From positions 140,811 through 204,810 of the forward strand of contig CAWJZV010000023.1 of assembly GCA_963847445.1 (NCBI GenBank): 64,000 nt of DNA, read 5' to 3'. Positions 20,839-30,571 of the stretch are shown one piece after another. The position numbers and the translations under genes are program-made. Source of the stretch: an uncultured delta proteobacterium (lineage in GTDB: Bacteria; Desulfobacterota; Binatia; UBA9968). Position 1 is the first letter of the stretch; each line of letters begins with the position of its first letter. Under the pieces are notes generated by a model. The model was not told where the DNA came from, made no database searches, and saw only the letters and a list, made by a program, of their open reading frames with translations.

Positions 20839-22387
20839 CTAGTCGATTTTTAGCCGCCGCAGTTTCTTTATCAGTCCCTGGCGGCTTACCCCGAGTTTCT
20901 GCGCGGCTTTGGCTTTGTTGCCATCGCAGCCATCGAGGGTTTGTTGAATCATCTTCCGTTCCAATGCATCGATAGCTTGGCTTAGCGTTTGCCAAGGCGA
21001 CGGTTCGGCCGCCGCTCCGGCAGTCGCGTGGCTGCCACGGCTCTCCAGCACCAGATGCTCGGCATCGATGGCAGCGCTGCGCACCGATGCGACTAAGCGT
21101 TTAACTTCGTTTTCCAGTTGGCGCGTGTTCCCTGGCCAACCGTACGCCATCAAACTGGCGATGGCCGCGGACGTGAAGTGTTTGAGTTCCACCTGGTTGG
21201 CGCTGCAATGTTTTTGCAAGAAATGATTGGCCAGGATGGGAATGTCCTCGGGGCTTTCGCGCAGGGACGGCGTCTGAATGCGCACGACGCTGAGCCGGTA
21301 GTAGAGGTCCTCGCGAAAGAGTTTTTCTCTCATGGCGGTCTCTAGATCGCGATTGGTGGCGGCGACGATCCTCACGTCCACCGGCACCGGCGCTCGGCTG
21401 CCGATGCGATCGATGGAACGTTCTTGCACCACCCGGAGAATTTTCGCCTGCGCGGACAGGCTCAAATCGCCAATTTCATCGAGGAACAGTGTGCCGCCAT
21501 GGGCCGCTTCGAATTTTCCGATGCGCCGATCGACGCCGGTGGCGACGCCTTTTTCGATGCCAAAAAGTTCGGTCTCCACCAGGTTGTCCGGCAGTGCCGC
21601 GCAGTTGAGAGCGACGAAGGGATACTTGGCGCGCGGGCTGTTGAAGTGCAGCGCTTTGGCGATCAGTTCCTTGCCGGTGCCGCTTTCGCCTTGAATCAAG
21701 ACGTCCACCGAACTTGGACGAATCTGGTCGATCAAGCGGATGATCGACCCTATGCGATGGCTCATGCCGACGATCTTCTGGGTGGCAAAGCCGCTGATGA
21801 ACTCGGCGGCGGGGTAGCTCCGCGGTTCCTGCTTATGAGTCTTGAGCTCGCTGGCAATCGGCGAGTTCTCGATCACATCGGCAAGCTGGGCCGCCAAGCG
21901 TCGTCAGGATCTCGGCGTCGGCGTCGGTAAACACGCCGCCAATTTTATTGGTCGCTTCGCCGACACCGATGACGGCGCCATCGAGACTGTGAAGCGGCAC
22001 GGCCAGCAGGTTGCGGGTGCGATAGCCGGTTTCAATATCGACTTCTTTGTAAAACAATGGATGCTCGTAGGCGTTTGCCGTGTTGATGGCTTGTCCGGTC
22101 ATCGCCACCGCGCCGGCGATACCAAGGCGGGCGTCGAAGCGCATGATCTTGCCCTCTTCGGAGATCGCCGACCACAACTCACAGTTGTCGCGGTCGAAAA
22201 GAAACACGCTGACGCGATCGGCCTGCAACAGCTCCTTGGCTTCGCGAGTAATCAAGCTCTGCAACGAGGCCAGGTCGGTGATTGTACTCATGCGCCGGCA
22301 AATATTGAGCACGACGCGCAACTTATCGACATGTTCGGGCGTGCCGCCCGCCACCGGAGCAAGTTTTTCGCTGTAACTAGAAGTCAT
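20839..22387 (-). CDS. GAF - sigma54-type AAA+ - Fis HTH transcriptional activator (frameshift near 21898)
   Basis: GAF domain (DARLGIAG..F..EVD..TGYRTRNLLAVPL), GESGTGKEL, ELFGIEKGVATGV, TLFLDEIG, FREDLYYRL, WPGNTRQL, GNKAKAAQKLGVSR. Confidence 0.9.
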
Positions 22388-22720
22388 CCATTCCTGCCTA
22401 ACATAGTTGGCAAAAATCTGCTACTGCTAGGCCCAGTGAACCCGAAAGTGTTAAACTGGCACCGAGACAATGGATTTGTCAGCAATAATTCGCCCAATTG
22501 TTAGGTATGGTGAAGCCAGATAGCGGATTGACCCCTTGCCTCGGCGGGGAGCGAGCCGCTATTGGCTGAATGTGCTTCGGTTCCGACGTGTCGCTTAGCC
22601 TGGCTAACGTCAGAGCAGAAGCGTTGCGGCACTGTGGCCCGATTCATCGATGCATTCCAATTGCTTCGCTCCGATGCCAGTATGTTGCATGGGAAAACAA
22701 GTGTTTCTCGTAATTATCCG

Positions 22721-22737
22721 CTGGCACTAAGGTTGCT
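22721..22737 (+). promoter_or_regulatory. sigma54 (-24/-12) promoter for the CADD/PqqC-like gene
   Basis: CTGGCAC-TAAGG-TTGCT matches YTGGCAC-N5-TTGCW with exact GG-N10-GC spacing, 45 bp upstream of ATG 22783. Confidence 0.8.
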
Positions 22738-22782
22738 CGTCTGAATTGTTAGACAATAGTCCGTTAGCTCATGGAGGTCTCG

Positions 22783-23532
22783 ATGAATCGGGAAACCTTT
22801 CGCGAACAGCTTCTCGGTGTGATGGAACGTAAGGATCATTGGGCCTGGCCGGCTTTTACTTCAGGCCAAGTGCCCAGGGACCGGCTGCATTTTCATTTCG
22901 AGCAAGAGTATGGCACCTACGTGCGCGACTTTCCGATACTCGTCGGGCGATCGTATATTCGTTGTCCGATCGCCGAGATTCGCCGCAGTTTGGCGGAGAA
23001 TCTCTACGAAGAAGAAACCGGCGGCCTGGTCGCCGGCCGGCCTCACCCCGAACTTTTTCTCGAATATCCCCGCGGCCTCGGTATGGACCTGAGCCGATTT
23101 CAAAATATCCAGTTGTTGCCGGCGGCGCAGCGTTACCGTGATTTTCTCGACGCCGCGACTGAATCCTTCGGTTGGGATATCGCGTCGGCAATCGTGACCA
23201 TCTTTGTCGAAGGATCGAGCGCTGAAAGAGCCGCGCTCGATACCCGGAAAAATCACCCGCCACCGCCTCTGGAGGAACATCCGCTGGTGAAATATTACGG
23301 ACTCTCGGTGGAGCATTTAGCGCTGACCAAAGCCCATCGGCAGGTGGAAGGACTCCACCGAGCCGCCGCTTGGGACGCGATCTTGGATCATGTCGTGCCG
23401 CTACGCCGCGGCGCCGTGGTGCGGGTGATGGAGGATGCGCTCAGAATTTGGCAACTCTACCGTGACGAAGTTGCTTTAGTTTGCGGCATTCAGGAGGGCG
23501 GCATGTCATGCGCCAGCGCGGTTGCTGGCTGA
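22783..23532 (+). CDS. Heme-oxygenase-like diiron protein (CADD/PqqC/TenA superfamily)
   Basis: ENLYEEETG..PHPELF..FVEG..AHRQVEGLH ligand pattern; GGAGG RBS at 22773-22777. Confidence 0.8.
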   Translation: MNRETFREQLLGVMERKDHWAWPAFTSGQVPRDRLHFHFEQEYGTYVRDFPILVGRSYIRCPIAEIRRSLAENLYEEETGGLVAGRPHPELFLEYPRGLGMDLSRFQNIQLLPAAQRYRDFLDAATESFGWDIASAIVTIFVEGSSAERAALDTRKNHPPPPLEEHPLVKYYGLSVEHLALTKAHRQVEGLHRAAAWDAILDHVVPLRRGAVVRVMEDALRIWQLYRDEVALVCGIQEGGMSCASAVAG

Positions 23533-23571
23533 GCCGGAATATCGTCGTCGCCCCGTGAGCCTTGCGAGATT

Positions 23572-24873
23572 CTAAGCGATCGCTTCGCCGCGATAACTCA
23601 TCGCCAAAATCTGCATCGGATTGAGCGGCCTTTTGCCGTTGGCCTGTTCGATTTGAATTGCCGCTAGCGGGCAGTCGGAACAGGTAACTTTGGGATCGCC
23701 CTCAGCCATTTCCTTAAACGCCCGGCCGCCATATTTAAGCGACATTTCAAAGTTCTCTTTCTTCATGGCCCAAGTGCCGTCATGACCGGAGCACTCTTCG
23801 ACGACTTTTACCTGGGTATCGGGCAAGAGCGACAAGACATCGCGGGTTTTATAGCCGATATTTTGGGCGCGCAGGTGGCAGGGGATATGATAGCTAATCG
23901 CTCCGGCGCTGGTTTTAAACTTCCTGTTGAGTTTGCCATCCGCCGCCAGTTTGGCGAGAAACTCCATCGGGTCCATGGTCACGGCCGCAACTTTTTTGGC
24001 TGCCTCGCTGCCGAGCAGGCGCGGATACTCGACACGAATCATCTGCGAGCAGGTCGGATTGGTCGCGATCACTGTTCTGCCGTCATCGACAAATCCTCGC
24101 AGATAGGCGACATTGCGCTCGGCCGCGGCGACGGCGCCGTCCATATCGCCGTTGTGCCATAGCGGCATGCCGCAACAGCTCTCGTAGGCCAGCGCGACAT
24201 CGACATTGTTGCGCGCCATGACATCGAGAGTGTCGTTGCCGATCTCGGGTTGGTTATAATTCACGTAACAGGTTGAGAAAAAAGCGACGCGCGCCGCCGG
24301 CTCGCCGGTGGGAGTCTGGCGATTCTTGGCGAATTGCGCGGCGAAGGTTTGCGCTGCAAACGGCGGCAGCTTCTTGTCTTTGTGGATGCCGACGACGCTT
24401 TCCATCAACTGTCGATTGAGCGGGTTCTCATTGCCCCAGTTGGCCAGCGGCGCGGTCATGGTGCCCAATTTGCCAACCAGGTCTGGATTGCCAAGCAGTT
24501 TGTCGACCAGTGCTACACCGTTTTTCTTGACCCCTTGGGCCTTGGCTCGGGTCATTAAGCGGGGAAAGTCGATGGCCCATTCATGATCGCCGGGTGTGTA
24601 GGGGCATTTGATGTAGCACAGCTTGCACTGGAAGCACAGGTCGACGACTTTGTCGACGTCCGCGGTCTTGAGATTTTTCGTATTGACATCGGCGTATTTG
24701 CCCTCGACGCAGTAGTCATCGATGGCGTCGAACAGTTTCGGGAAACTGCCGCAATACTTCACGCACATGCGGCAGTCGGCGCAGAGGCTGAAGACCCGTT
24801 CAACTTCGGCTCGCAAATCGGTGATATCGAAGTATCGCGGATCGGTTGGGTCGTATGCCGGATTGTTCGCCAT
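23572..24873 (-). CDS. Fe-S oxidoreductase, GlpC/HdrD-like
   Basis: CADCRMCVKYC and CFQCKLCYIKCP ferredoxin motifs; SCCG and ECSG cysteine-rich domains. Confidence 0.85.
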   Translation of the reverse strand: MANNPAYDPTDPRYFDITDLRAEVERVFSLCADCRMCVKYCGSFPKLFDAIDDYCVEGKYADVNTKNLKTADVDKVVDLCFQCKLCYIKCPYTPGDHEWAIDFPRLMTRAKAQGVKKNGVALVDKLLGNPDLVGKLGTMTAPLANWGNENPLNRQLMESVVGIHKDKKLPPFAAQTFAAQFAKNRQTPTGEPAARVAFFSTCYVNYNQPEIGNDTLDVMARNNVDVALAYESCCGMPLWHNGDMDGAVAAAERNVAYLRGFVDDGRTVIATNPTCSQMIRVEYPRLLGSEAAKKVAAVTMDPMEFLAKLAADGKLNRKFKTSAGAISYHIPCHLRAQNIGYKTRDVLSLLPDTQVKVVEECSGHDGTWAMKKENFEMSLKYGGRAFKEMAEGDPKVTCSDCPLAAIQIEQANGKRPLNPMQILAMSYRGEAIA

Positions 24874-25114
24874 CGGGTCGCTCCATTGTTCGAAGTGGGG
24901 TTCCCTGTGACTCTACCCCAGAGCGGCGTCAAAAGGAATAATCAGTGTCATTTGTCGGTCCACTGTTTCATGTCTACCAAGCACCTGATGGGCGCGGCCG
25001 TTGTTGCGAAAGTGGCAAAACTTTGCCGGTGATCGTAATGGCAAAGGCTTTTCTATGGGGGATCGTTAACGTTAACGCGGCTGCGCCGTCTAATCGGCCA
25101 AGGAGGTTCTTACC

Positions 25115-25663
25115 ATGACCATAACTACAAAAGCACTATTTGCCGCCGGGATCGTGTCCCTGTTGGCTTTCGCGACGCCTGACTCAGCGAGCGCCGATGC
25201 GCGCAGCCGGCAAAGGGATTTAGACCGGAATGCGGCAAGAGCTCGCAACTCCAGAGCAACCGAGTTGCAGCGAGACCACGCTGAACTGCGCCGGAATCAA
25301 GCCGAGCTTGAGCGCGATCGCGCCGATTTGGAGCGGCTCTACCGCAGCGGCGCGAGCCGCCAGGAAATCGAGCGCAAGCGTGAGGAGATTCGTCGCGATC
25401 TCAGAGAACTGGCTCAAGATCATCGTGAAGTCAGCGATAATCTTGAGGCGTTGAGCGGCAATTCATACCGCGGCTCTGGCTGGGATCCCACCGGACGGCA
25501 ACGTGACCGCTTGAGCCGCTATGAGACCAATGATTGGGGTTGGGGCCGTCGAGACGATCGCGACCGCCGCGGCCGCAATGATACCTGGGGCTGGGGTCGA
25601 TGGGACGATCGTAGCCGTGGGCGCGTTGCCGACCGGTGGGGTTGGGGCCGCGGGCGAGACTGA
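25115..25663 (+). CDS. Secreted coiled-coil protein with C-terminal WGWGR repeats
   Basis: AGGAGG RBS, signal peptide ending ASA, R/E/D-rich helix, three WGWGR motifs. Confidence 0.7.
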   Translation: MTITTKALFAAGIVSLLAFATPDSASADARSRQRDLDRNAARARNSRATELQRDHAELRRNQAELERDRADLERLYRSGASRQEIERKREEIRRDLRELAQDHREVSDNLEALSGNSYRGSGWDPTGRQRDRLSRYETNDWGWGRRDDRDRRGRNDTWGWGRWDDRSRGRVADRWGWGRGRD

Positions 25664-25715
25664 CCGGATATCTCCAGACTTCGCGACAGCAAACGGTGAC
25701 AGTAGCTTTTCATTA

Positions 25716-25741
25716 GAGGGCGGACCTGCCGGTCCGCCCTC
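25716..25741. terminator. GC-rich hairpin (terminator or REP-like)
   Basis: GAGGGCGGACC-TGCC-GGTCCGCCCTC perfect 11-bp stem downstream of the 25115 gene. Confidence 0.5.
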
Positions 25742-25812
25742 GTCTTGCCCAATTGACATAGTGCGCGGGAGAGCCTTATAACCGAAGCATAAGTATTCTT
25801 CGGAGGCTCTAA

Positions 25813-26994
25813 TTGATCATCGATTGCGATACCCACTTCATGCCGCGGGACGCCTTCAACGGCGTTGGCGGAGCTCTCGAAACCTTAAAACCGACGCTTA
25901 AGTTCGACCAGCAAGAACTCTACTTTGACGTAGACTTTCCCGGCTATCCATCGGAAGTTACGGGCACTAGCCCGCTGCCGGCGCCGGGATCGGGGGCGAT
26001 GTTTCGGAGCCTGTGGGATCCGATCGCGCGGATGAAAGACTATGACGGCCGGCTGGGTATCGATCGGCAGATCGTACTGCCGCAGTTTTCCGGCTGGTGG
26101 TCTTACCTGATCGAGCCGGAACTCGCCTGCCGCATGGCGCGCTCGCACAACGAGTCATTACTGCGCTTGATGACCGAATATTCCGGCAAGATTCTTGGTG
26201 TGGCGTTGGTGCCGCTGCAAGATGTGGCCGGCGCGATCGGCGAGATGGAATGGGCCAAGGAACGCGGCTTTTGCTCGGTGGTTCTCGATAAAGTTTATCC
26301 GGTAAAGGATCATCCCTACGGCGAGCCGCTCGGCAGCCACCGTGAGCTTTGGCCGTTTTTTCAACGCGCCGAAGAACTGTCGATGCCGATTTACTTGCAC
26401 AACGTGCAACATGGGCACCGCATCAGTAATCTGCCGATCTTCCAGCGCGACGGGCTGTATATCTTCGCGCCCCAAGAAGGGCAGATGAGTTTGGTGTCGC
26501 TGATCACCAGCGGCTTGCTCGATGAATTCCCCAAGTTGCAGTTTATTTTTACCGAAGCCGGCACTTCGTTCATCAAACCTTTGGTGCAATGGCTCGACAA
26601 GGTTTTGGACAGCCCGCCGGTGGATTATGACGACCAGGAAGATCCGCTCAACACCCGAGGTCCGTTGACCAAGGTCGGCGAGCGGTTGCGGCGCGCGCGC
26701 GCGATCAATCCGGCGCAATTATTTCTCGAAAAGAATATCAAACCCGCGAGTTACTATTTCAAGAATAATTTCTCTTTCACCATCGAGACCGAAGAGCCGG
26801 AGCTATCGGAAGCGGTCGAATTTCTCGGCGCCGAGCGGTTTCTCTTCGCCACCGACTACCCCCATGACGATCCCGGCGGCAGGATGAAATTCGAAGATGT
26901 CCGGCTCTTGCGCGACCACAAGCACATCTCCGAGGACGCCAAGGAGATGATTCGCTACAAGAACGCGCAGCGATTGTTTCATTTACCGGGTTAG
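25813..26994 (+). CDS. Amidohydrolase family protein
   Basis: IIDCDTH, PIYLH, EAG, FATDYPH, NA.RLF; TTG start with GGAGG RBS. Confidence 0.88.
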   Translation: MIIDCDTHFMPRDAFNGVGGALETLKPTLKFDQQELYFDVDFPGYPSEVTGTSPLPAPGSGAMFRSLWDPIARMKDYDGRLGIDRQIVLPQFSGWWSYLIEPELACRMARSHNESLLRLMTEYSGKILGVALVPLQDVAGAIGEMEWAKERGFCSVVLDKVYPVKDHPYGEPLGSHRELWPFFQRAEELSMPIYLHNVQHGHRISNLPIFQRDGLYIFAPQEGQMSLVSLITSGLLDEFPKLQFIFTEAGTSFIKPLVQWLDKVLDSPPVDYDDQEDPLNTRGPLTKVGERLRRARAINPAQLFLEKNIKPASYYFKNNFSFTIETEEPELSEAVEFLGAERFLFATDYPHDDPGGRMKFEDVRLLRDHKHISEDAKEMIRYKNAQRLFHLPG

Positions 26995-27018
26995 CCCACC
27001 GTCGAAAGGCTTAATCTC

Positions 27019-27507
27019 GTGGCAATTCCTGAACGCTACAATACTGGCTACAACATCGGCGTCGGTGGCGCGGTGGTGCGCGATGATAAACTACTGTTCG
27101 TGCGCCGGTCGTCGCGCCATGGGCGAGGTAATTGGCAACTGCCGGGCGGTTTTATCGAACCCGACGAGACCATTGAACAGGCCGTGGTCCGAGAGGTTCA
27201 AGAAGAAGCGGGGGTGACGGCTGAAGTCGAAGCTGTCCTGGGCTTGCGCAGCCGCTACGATCCCGACAGCGGCAATGGCGTTTACGTGATCCTGCTTTTG
27301 CGCCCCATCGCCGGCGAGCCGTGCCCCGACGGCCATGAGACCGATCATGCAGAATTTTTCTCGCTGGAACAGATCGGCAAGCTTAGCCCACTGCCGCCGG
27401 TGAATTGGGAGATCGCCCAACGGGTCCTCGCGCCGGACCGCCGCTTGCTGCATCCCAAACCGCTCAGCAATCTGAACGGCGCCAAGTTTACTCTCTTTGT
27501 CGGTTGA
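27019..27507 (+). CDS. NUDIX hydrolase
   Basis: Nudix box GGFIEPDETIEQAVVREVQEEAG. Confidence 0.9.
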   Translation: MAIPERYNTGYNIGVGGAVVRDDKLLFVRRSSRHGRGNWQLPGGFIEPDETIEQAVVREVQEEAGVTAEVEAVLGLRSRYDPDSGNGVYVILLLRPIAGEPCPDGHETDHAEFFSLEQIGKLSPLPPVNWEIAQRVLAPDRRLLHPKPLSNLNGAKFTLFVG

Positions 27508-27587
27508 ACGCGTTGTCGGGATATCCCGATCTTAATAAAAAGTTAAGTGCAGTTTCGACTGGAAGTTCTCAGAAGATGGCTGGAATG

Positions 27588-28697
27588 TTAGCGGGTTGGC
27601 GTGGCCCGATCCACCGGTAAAATCGTTACTTTGACCAATAACTGGCGGTCGGCTTGTTTGGCGGCTTCGATTTCCTTGCCGCTGACCTTCGGTTCTGACT
27701 CTATGTTGGCTTCTGTGGCTAGCTCTTTTTTGAAAATTTCGAAGTGTTCGGGTGCGACGTCATAAAATCTTATTTCCGCGATAGATTCTATCCTGGCTCT
27801 CCCTGTCGGTGGCATGGTTGATGGGCGGCGCGCCGTAGCCGGCGAGTCTTCTGCCTCTGTGCTGCTCAAATTTTCGATAGTATCGCGGCGCTGGGGCGAG
27901 CGCCGGCGTACGACGAACTCAAAGTCGGCAACTCGATCGCCGAGCGCAATCGGTCGCTCCAACACAATCGGCGCGGGTGGCGGCCCAATAAAACTTCGTC
28001 GATCGCCAAAAATAAAACCGGAATCCCGTGCCGTGGTCACTTCTTGGACCCGCAGCGGCGGTCGTCTAGGAGCTTCTTTCTTTTCTTCCGCGGCAATTTC
28101 TGTTTCGGCTCGTGACGGCGCTGGCGTTGCCGGTTGCAGCTGTGGCGACTCAGCCGGTGACGATGACGACGCACGCGGCGAAGTTTCTGCGATGCTGCGC
28201 TTGGCGAGATCCGCTGGAGCCCTTAGTGGAGCAACTGTTTTCTGGCCCGTCTCTGAAGCTTGGCGCGCGGCGGCTGGGGCAGCTCGTTCATTTTCTTTAA
28301 TCGGCGTTGGGCTGGCAGATTTTAACGCCAGATTGACATCAGGATTTTGTTTTAACGCTGGTTCATTTTGATAGATAACCACTGCGACGATTGCGATCGC
28401 CGCCATGGCGGTTGCCCGGACTGCAACGCCACTTGTCAGCGGCACAATCAGCCGCTGCCACAGGCTCGCTTTCGGCTCGCTGTCGCGCACATGGGCCATG
28501 ACCCGCTGCGCAAAGCCGAGCGGCGGTTCCATCAACGGCAAGGTTGCCACTTGCTGGATGCAGTCGGTTAACTCGTTGGATTCGGCGCGGCAATGAGCGC
28601 AGGAAATCACATGGGTCGCGACCCGCGTGGTCATTGCCATGTCGAGGTTTTTGTCGAGATATTCGGTCAGATGCTTTGCGACCTCTTCGCAGTTCAT
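27588..28697 (-). CDS. Zinc-finger (zf-HC2) transmembrane anti-sigma factor
   Basis: MNC..YLD..HVISCAHC (HxxxCxxC), hydrophobic TM segment, P/A/S-rich linker; overlaps the sigma stop. Confidence 0.85.
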   Translation of the reverse strand: MNCEEVAKHLTEYLDKNLDMAMTTRVATHVISCAHCRAESNELTDCIQQVATLPLMEPPLGFAQRVMAHVRDSEPKASLWQRLIVPLTSGVAVRATAMAAIAIVAVVIYQNEPALKQNPDVNLALKSASPTPIKENERAAPAAARQASETGQKTVAPLRAPADLAKRSIAETSPRASSSSPAESPQLQPATPAPSRAETEIAAEEKKEAPRRPPLRVQEVTTARDSGFIFGDRRSFIGPPPAPIVLERPIALGDRVADFEFVVRRRSPQRRDTIENLSSTEAEDSPATARRPSTMPPTGRARIESIAEIRFYDVAPEHFEIFKKELATEANIESEPKVSGKEIEAAKQADRQLLVKVTILPVDRATPTR

Positions 28698-29272
28698 ACT
28701 GCCTTCCTTCCGGCGTAGAAGTAGGATGCTAATTCGGATTTGAGTGCTTGCCGGGCGCGATGCAAGCGTGACTTAACGGTTCCCACCGGCACTTCGAGCA
28801 CTCGGGCGACCTCGTCGTAGGACACATCTTGGAGATCGCGCAGCAGGATCACTGTGGCGTCATCGGCGGACAAGCTGTTTAGGGCTCTTTGCACGGTTTC
28901 ACGAATTTCTTTTTTTTCCATGGATTCCGCTGGACCGGGTTGGGGATCACTCAGGGGTTCGGTGTTTTCGATGGGAACTTGGCGTTGATGGCGAGTATTC
29001 ATGGTCTTGCGCCGCGTCGTCGCATGATTGAGCGCGATGCGATAGAGCCATGTGGAAAAATTGGCGTCGCCGCGAAATTGGCCGATGGCCCGGTAAGCCG
29101 AAAGGAACACCTCTTGGGCGGTTTCCGCGGCTTCATCATAATCGCCTAGCATGCGGTAGACGAGGTTGAAAATGGTTTTCTCATGGCGCCGGATCAATGC
29201 CTCAAAAGCGTCGGCCTGCCCGCGCTGTAGCTTTTGGACATACTCGGCGTCGCTGATCGAGTCTGACTGCAT
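28694..29272 (-). CDS. ECF sigma-70 factor (RpoE/SigW-like)
   Basis: AQEVFL..FRGDANFSTWLYRIA region 2; SYDEVA..PVGTVKSRLHRAR region 4; start taken at MQSD. Confidence 0.92.
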   Translation of the reverse strand: MQSDSISDAEYVQKLQRGQADAFEALIRRHEKTIFNLVYRMLGDYDEAAETAQEVFLSAYRAIGQFRGDANFSTWLYRIALNHATTRRKTMNTRHQRQVPIENTEPLSDPQPGPAESMEKKEIRETVQRALNSLSADDATVILLRDLQDVSYDEVARVLEVPVGTVKSRLHRARQALKSELASYFYAGRKAV

Positions 29273-29285
29273 TGTTTCAGAGGGG

Positions 29286-29313
29286 TTAGACTTTGGATGC
29301 ACCAAAAAGTTCC
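29286..29313 (-). promoter_or_regulatory. RpoE/AlgU-type ECF promoter upstream of the sigma gene (likely autoregulatory)
   Basis: Minus strand GGAACTT-TTTGGTGCATCCAAAG (16 nt)-TCTAA. Confidence 0.75.
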
Positions 29314-29524
29314 GTTGGTTAAATATAAAAGGAACACTCTTGTGTGGCAGTCTATCGGTGTTTATGAGTGATGTAAAGCCTCTATATTTTAACTGTTTAG
29401 CACCTTAATATCATTTTGAGCGGAAGTTTTTGAGGGTGCCCGCGGTAGGATCGCGGAGCAGCCAATTTCGCAATCCGATTACGGTCAATCGGATCGCTAG
29501 GGTGGATTCATGAGCAGGCTCAGG

Positions 29525-30458
29525 CTACACGGGTTCGTGCCAAAGGCTGCTGTACTCGGTGGCGACCACCTGGTCATAGGCTGCCGGGCCCTTGAGCAGG
29601 CCGATGTCTTGAGCGAAGCGGTTCATGCTCTCGACCTTTTCCGGTGGAATCGTCGGGTCGTAAAAGGGCAGATCGCGGCGCACCAGTTCGGCGATGAGTG
29701 CTGCTTCGGAGGCTGGAAAGCGCTTTTGGCCCACCGCAGTAGCGCGCGCGGGATCTTGCTTTAAAGCCTTGTGGGCTTTCATCAGCGCGCGCACCGCGGC
29801 ACGGGTCTGCTGCCGGGTTGTCCTTGATCGTCTTGTCCGTCGCCACCAGTGCAGAGAACGTGTAATGGCGTGCCGCCGTCGGGCCGTCGCCGCGTCGGAC
29901 ATCGAGGACCATGGTGCCGACGCCGCGCCGCACGGCCACTTCGCAACCCATGCCATTGGCCCAAAAACCGTCCAGTGTGCCTTCCTCGAGTGCTTTGGCT
30001 GCCGACAGGCCGAAGGAAACGTTTGGCCCTGCCGCGCCAGGAATGGGCATGATCTGAACATTATTTTTGTCGGGATCGATGCCGGCTTCGACCAACAGGC
30101 GCTGCAAGCTCAAATTGACGCCCGGCGCCGCGCCGATGCGCAAGCCTTTAACGATGCTCAAATCGCCGCGCTGCGGTTTCAGATCGCTACGGATGACCAG
30201 AAACCAGTAAGTATGTTGGCCGCAGGCCGCCAGCAGCTTGGCGCCTTGCCACTCGGGGAAGGCCAGTAGCGTCGCGTGCGCTGAGCCGACGACGAAGTCG
30301 AGGGCGCCGTCGCGCAGTGCTTCGAAAGTTTTTGGAATCGGAAACAAGAGATCGACGGAAGCGTCGAAGCCTTCTTCCGTGAAAAATCCCATCTCGACGG
30401 CCGCGATGATCGGAAAATAAGAATTCGATACTAAATCGGGTACGGCGATGCGCAGCAT
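29525..30458 (-). CDS. NMT1/SsuA-like ABC substrate-binding protein (frameshift near 29812)
   Basis: GFFTEEG.D, KGLRIG, AGIDP; C-terminus in the 29525..30061 frame; no signal peptide seen. Confidence 0.8.
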
Positions 30459-30493
30459 ATTATCTCCAAGTTGATTCGACTTTTCTTACCGAC

Positions 30494-30540
30494 GTTGAAC
30501 CTTGAACTGATTTGAACGGTTATCGTTGAAAGGTTCAACG
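30494..30540. repeat. TTGAAC-type short repeat array
   Basis: GTTGAACC TTGAACTGAT TTGAACGG..GTTGAAAGGTTCAAC. Confidence 0.55.
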
Positions 30541-30571
30541 TCGGATCATGAGCTCGCTGTCTTGCCATTAT

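Noticed and set aside
22388-22720. Riboswitch or sRNA in the long divergent intergenic region
   Set aside because: No recognisable conserved RNA motif; the length is explained by enhancer spacing for a sigma54 promoter. An Infernal/Rfam scan would settle it
22783-23532. pqqC and PQQ biosynthesis
   Set aside because: No pqqA/B/D/E neighbours; only superfamily-level similarity
25012-25056. sigma54 promoters upstream of the WGWGR protein gene
   Set aside because: TGGCAA..TTGC has 11-nt instead of 12-nt spacing, and the second candidate has TTTCT at -12
29331-29354. Second ECF-like promoter GGAAC..GTCTA on the + strand
   Set aside because: Spacer is too short and no + strand gene follows
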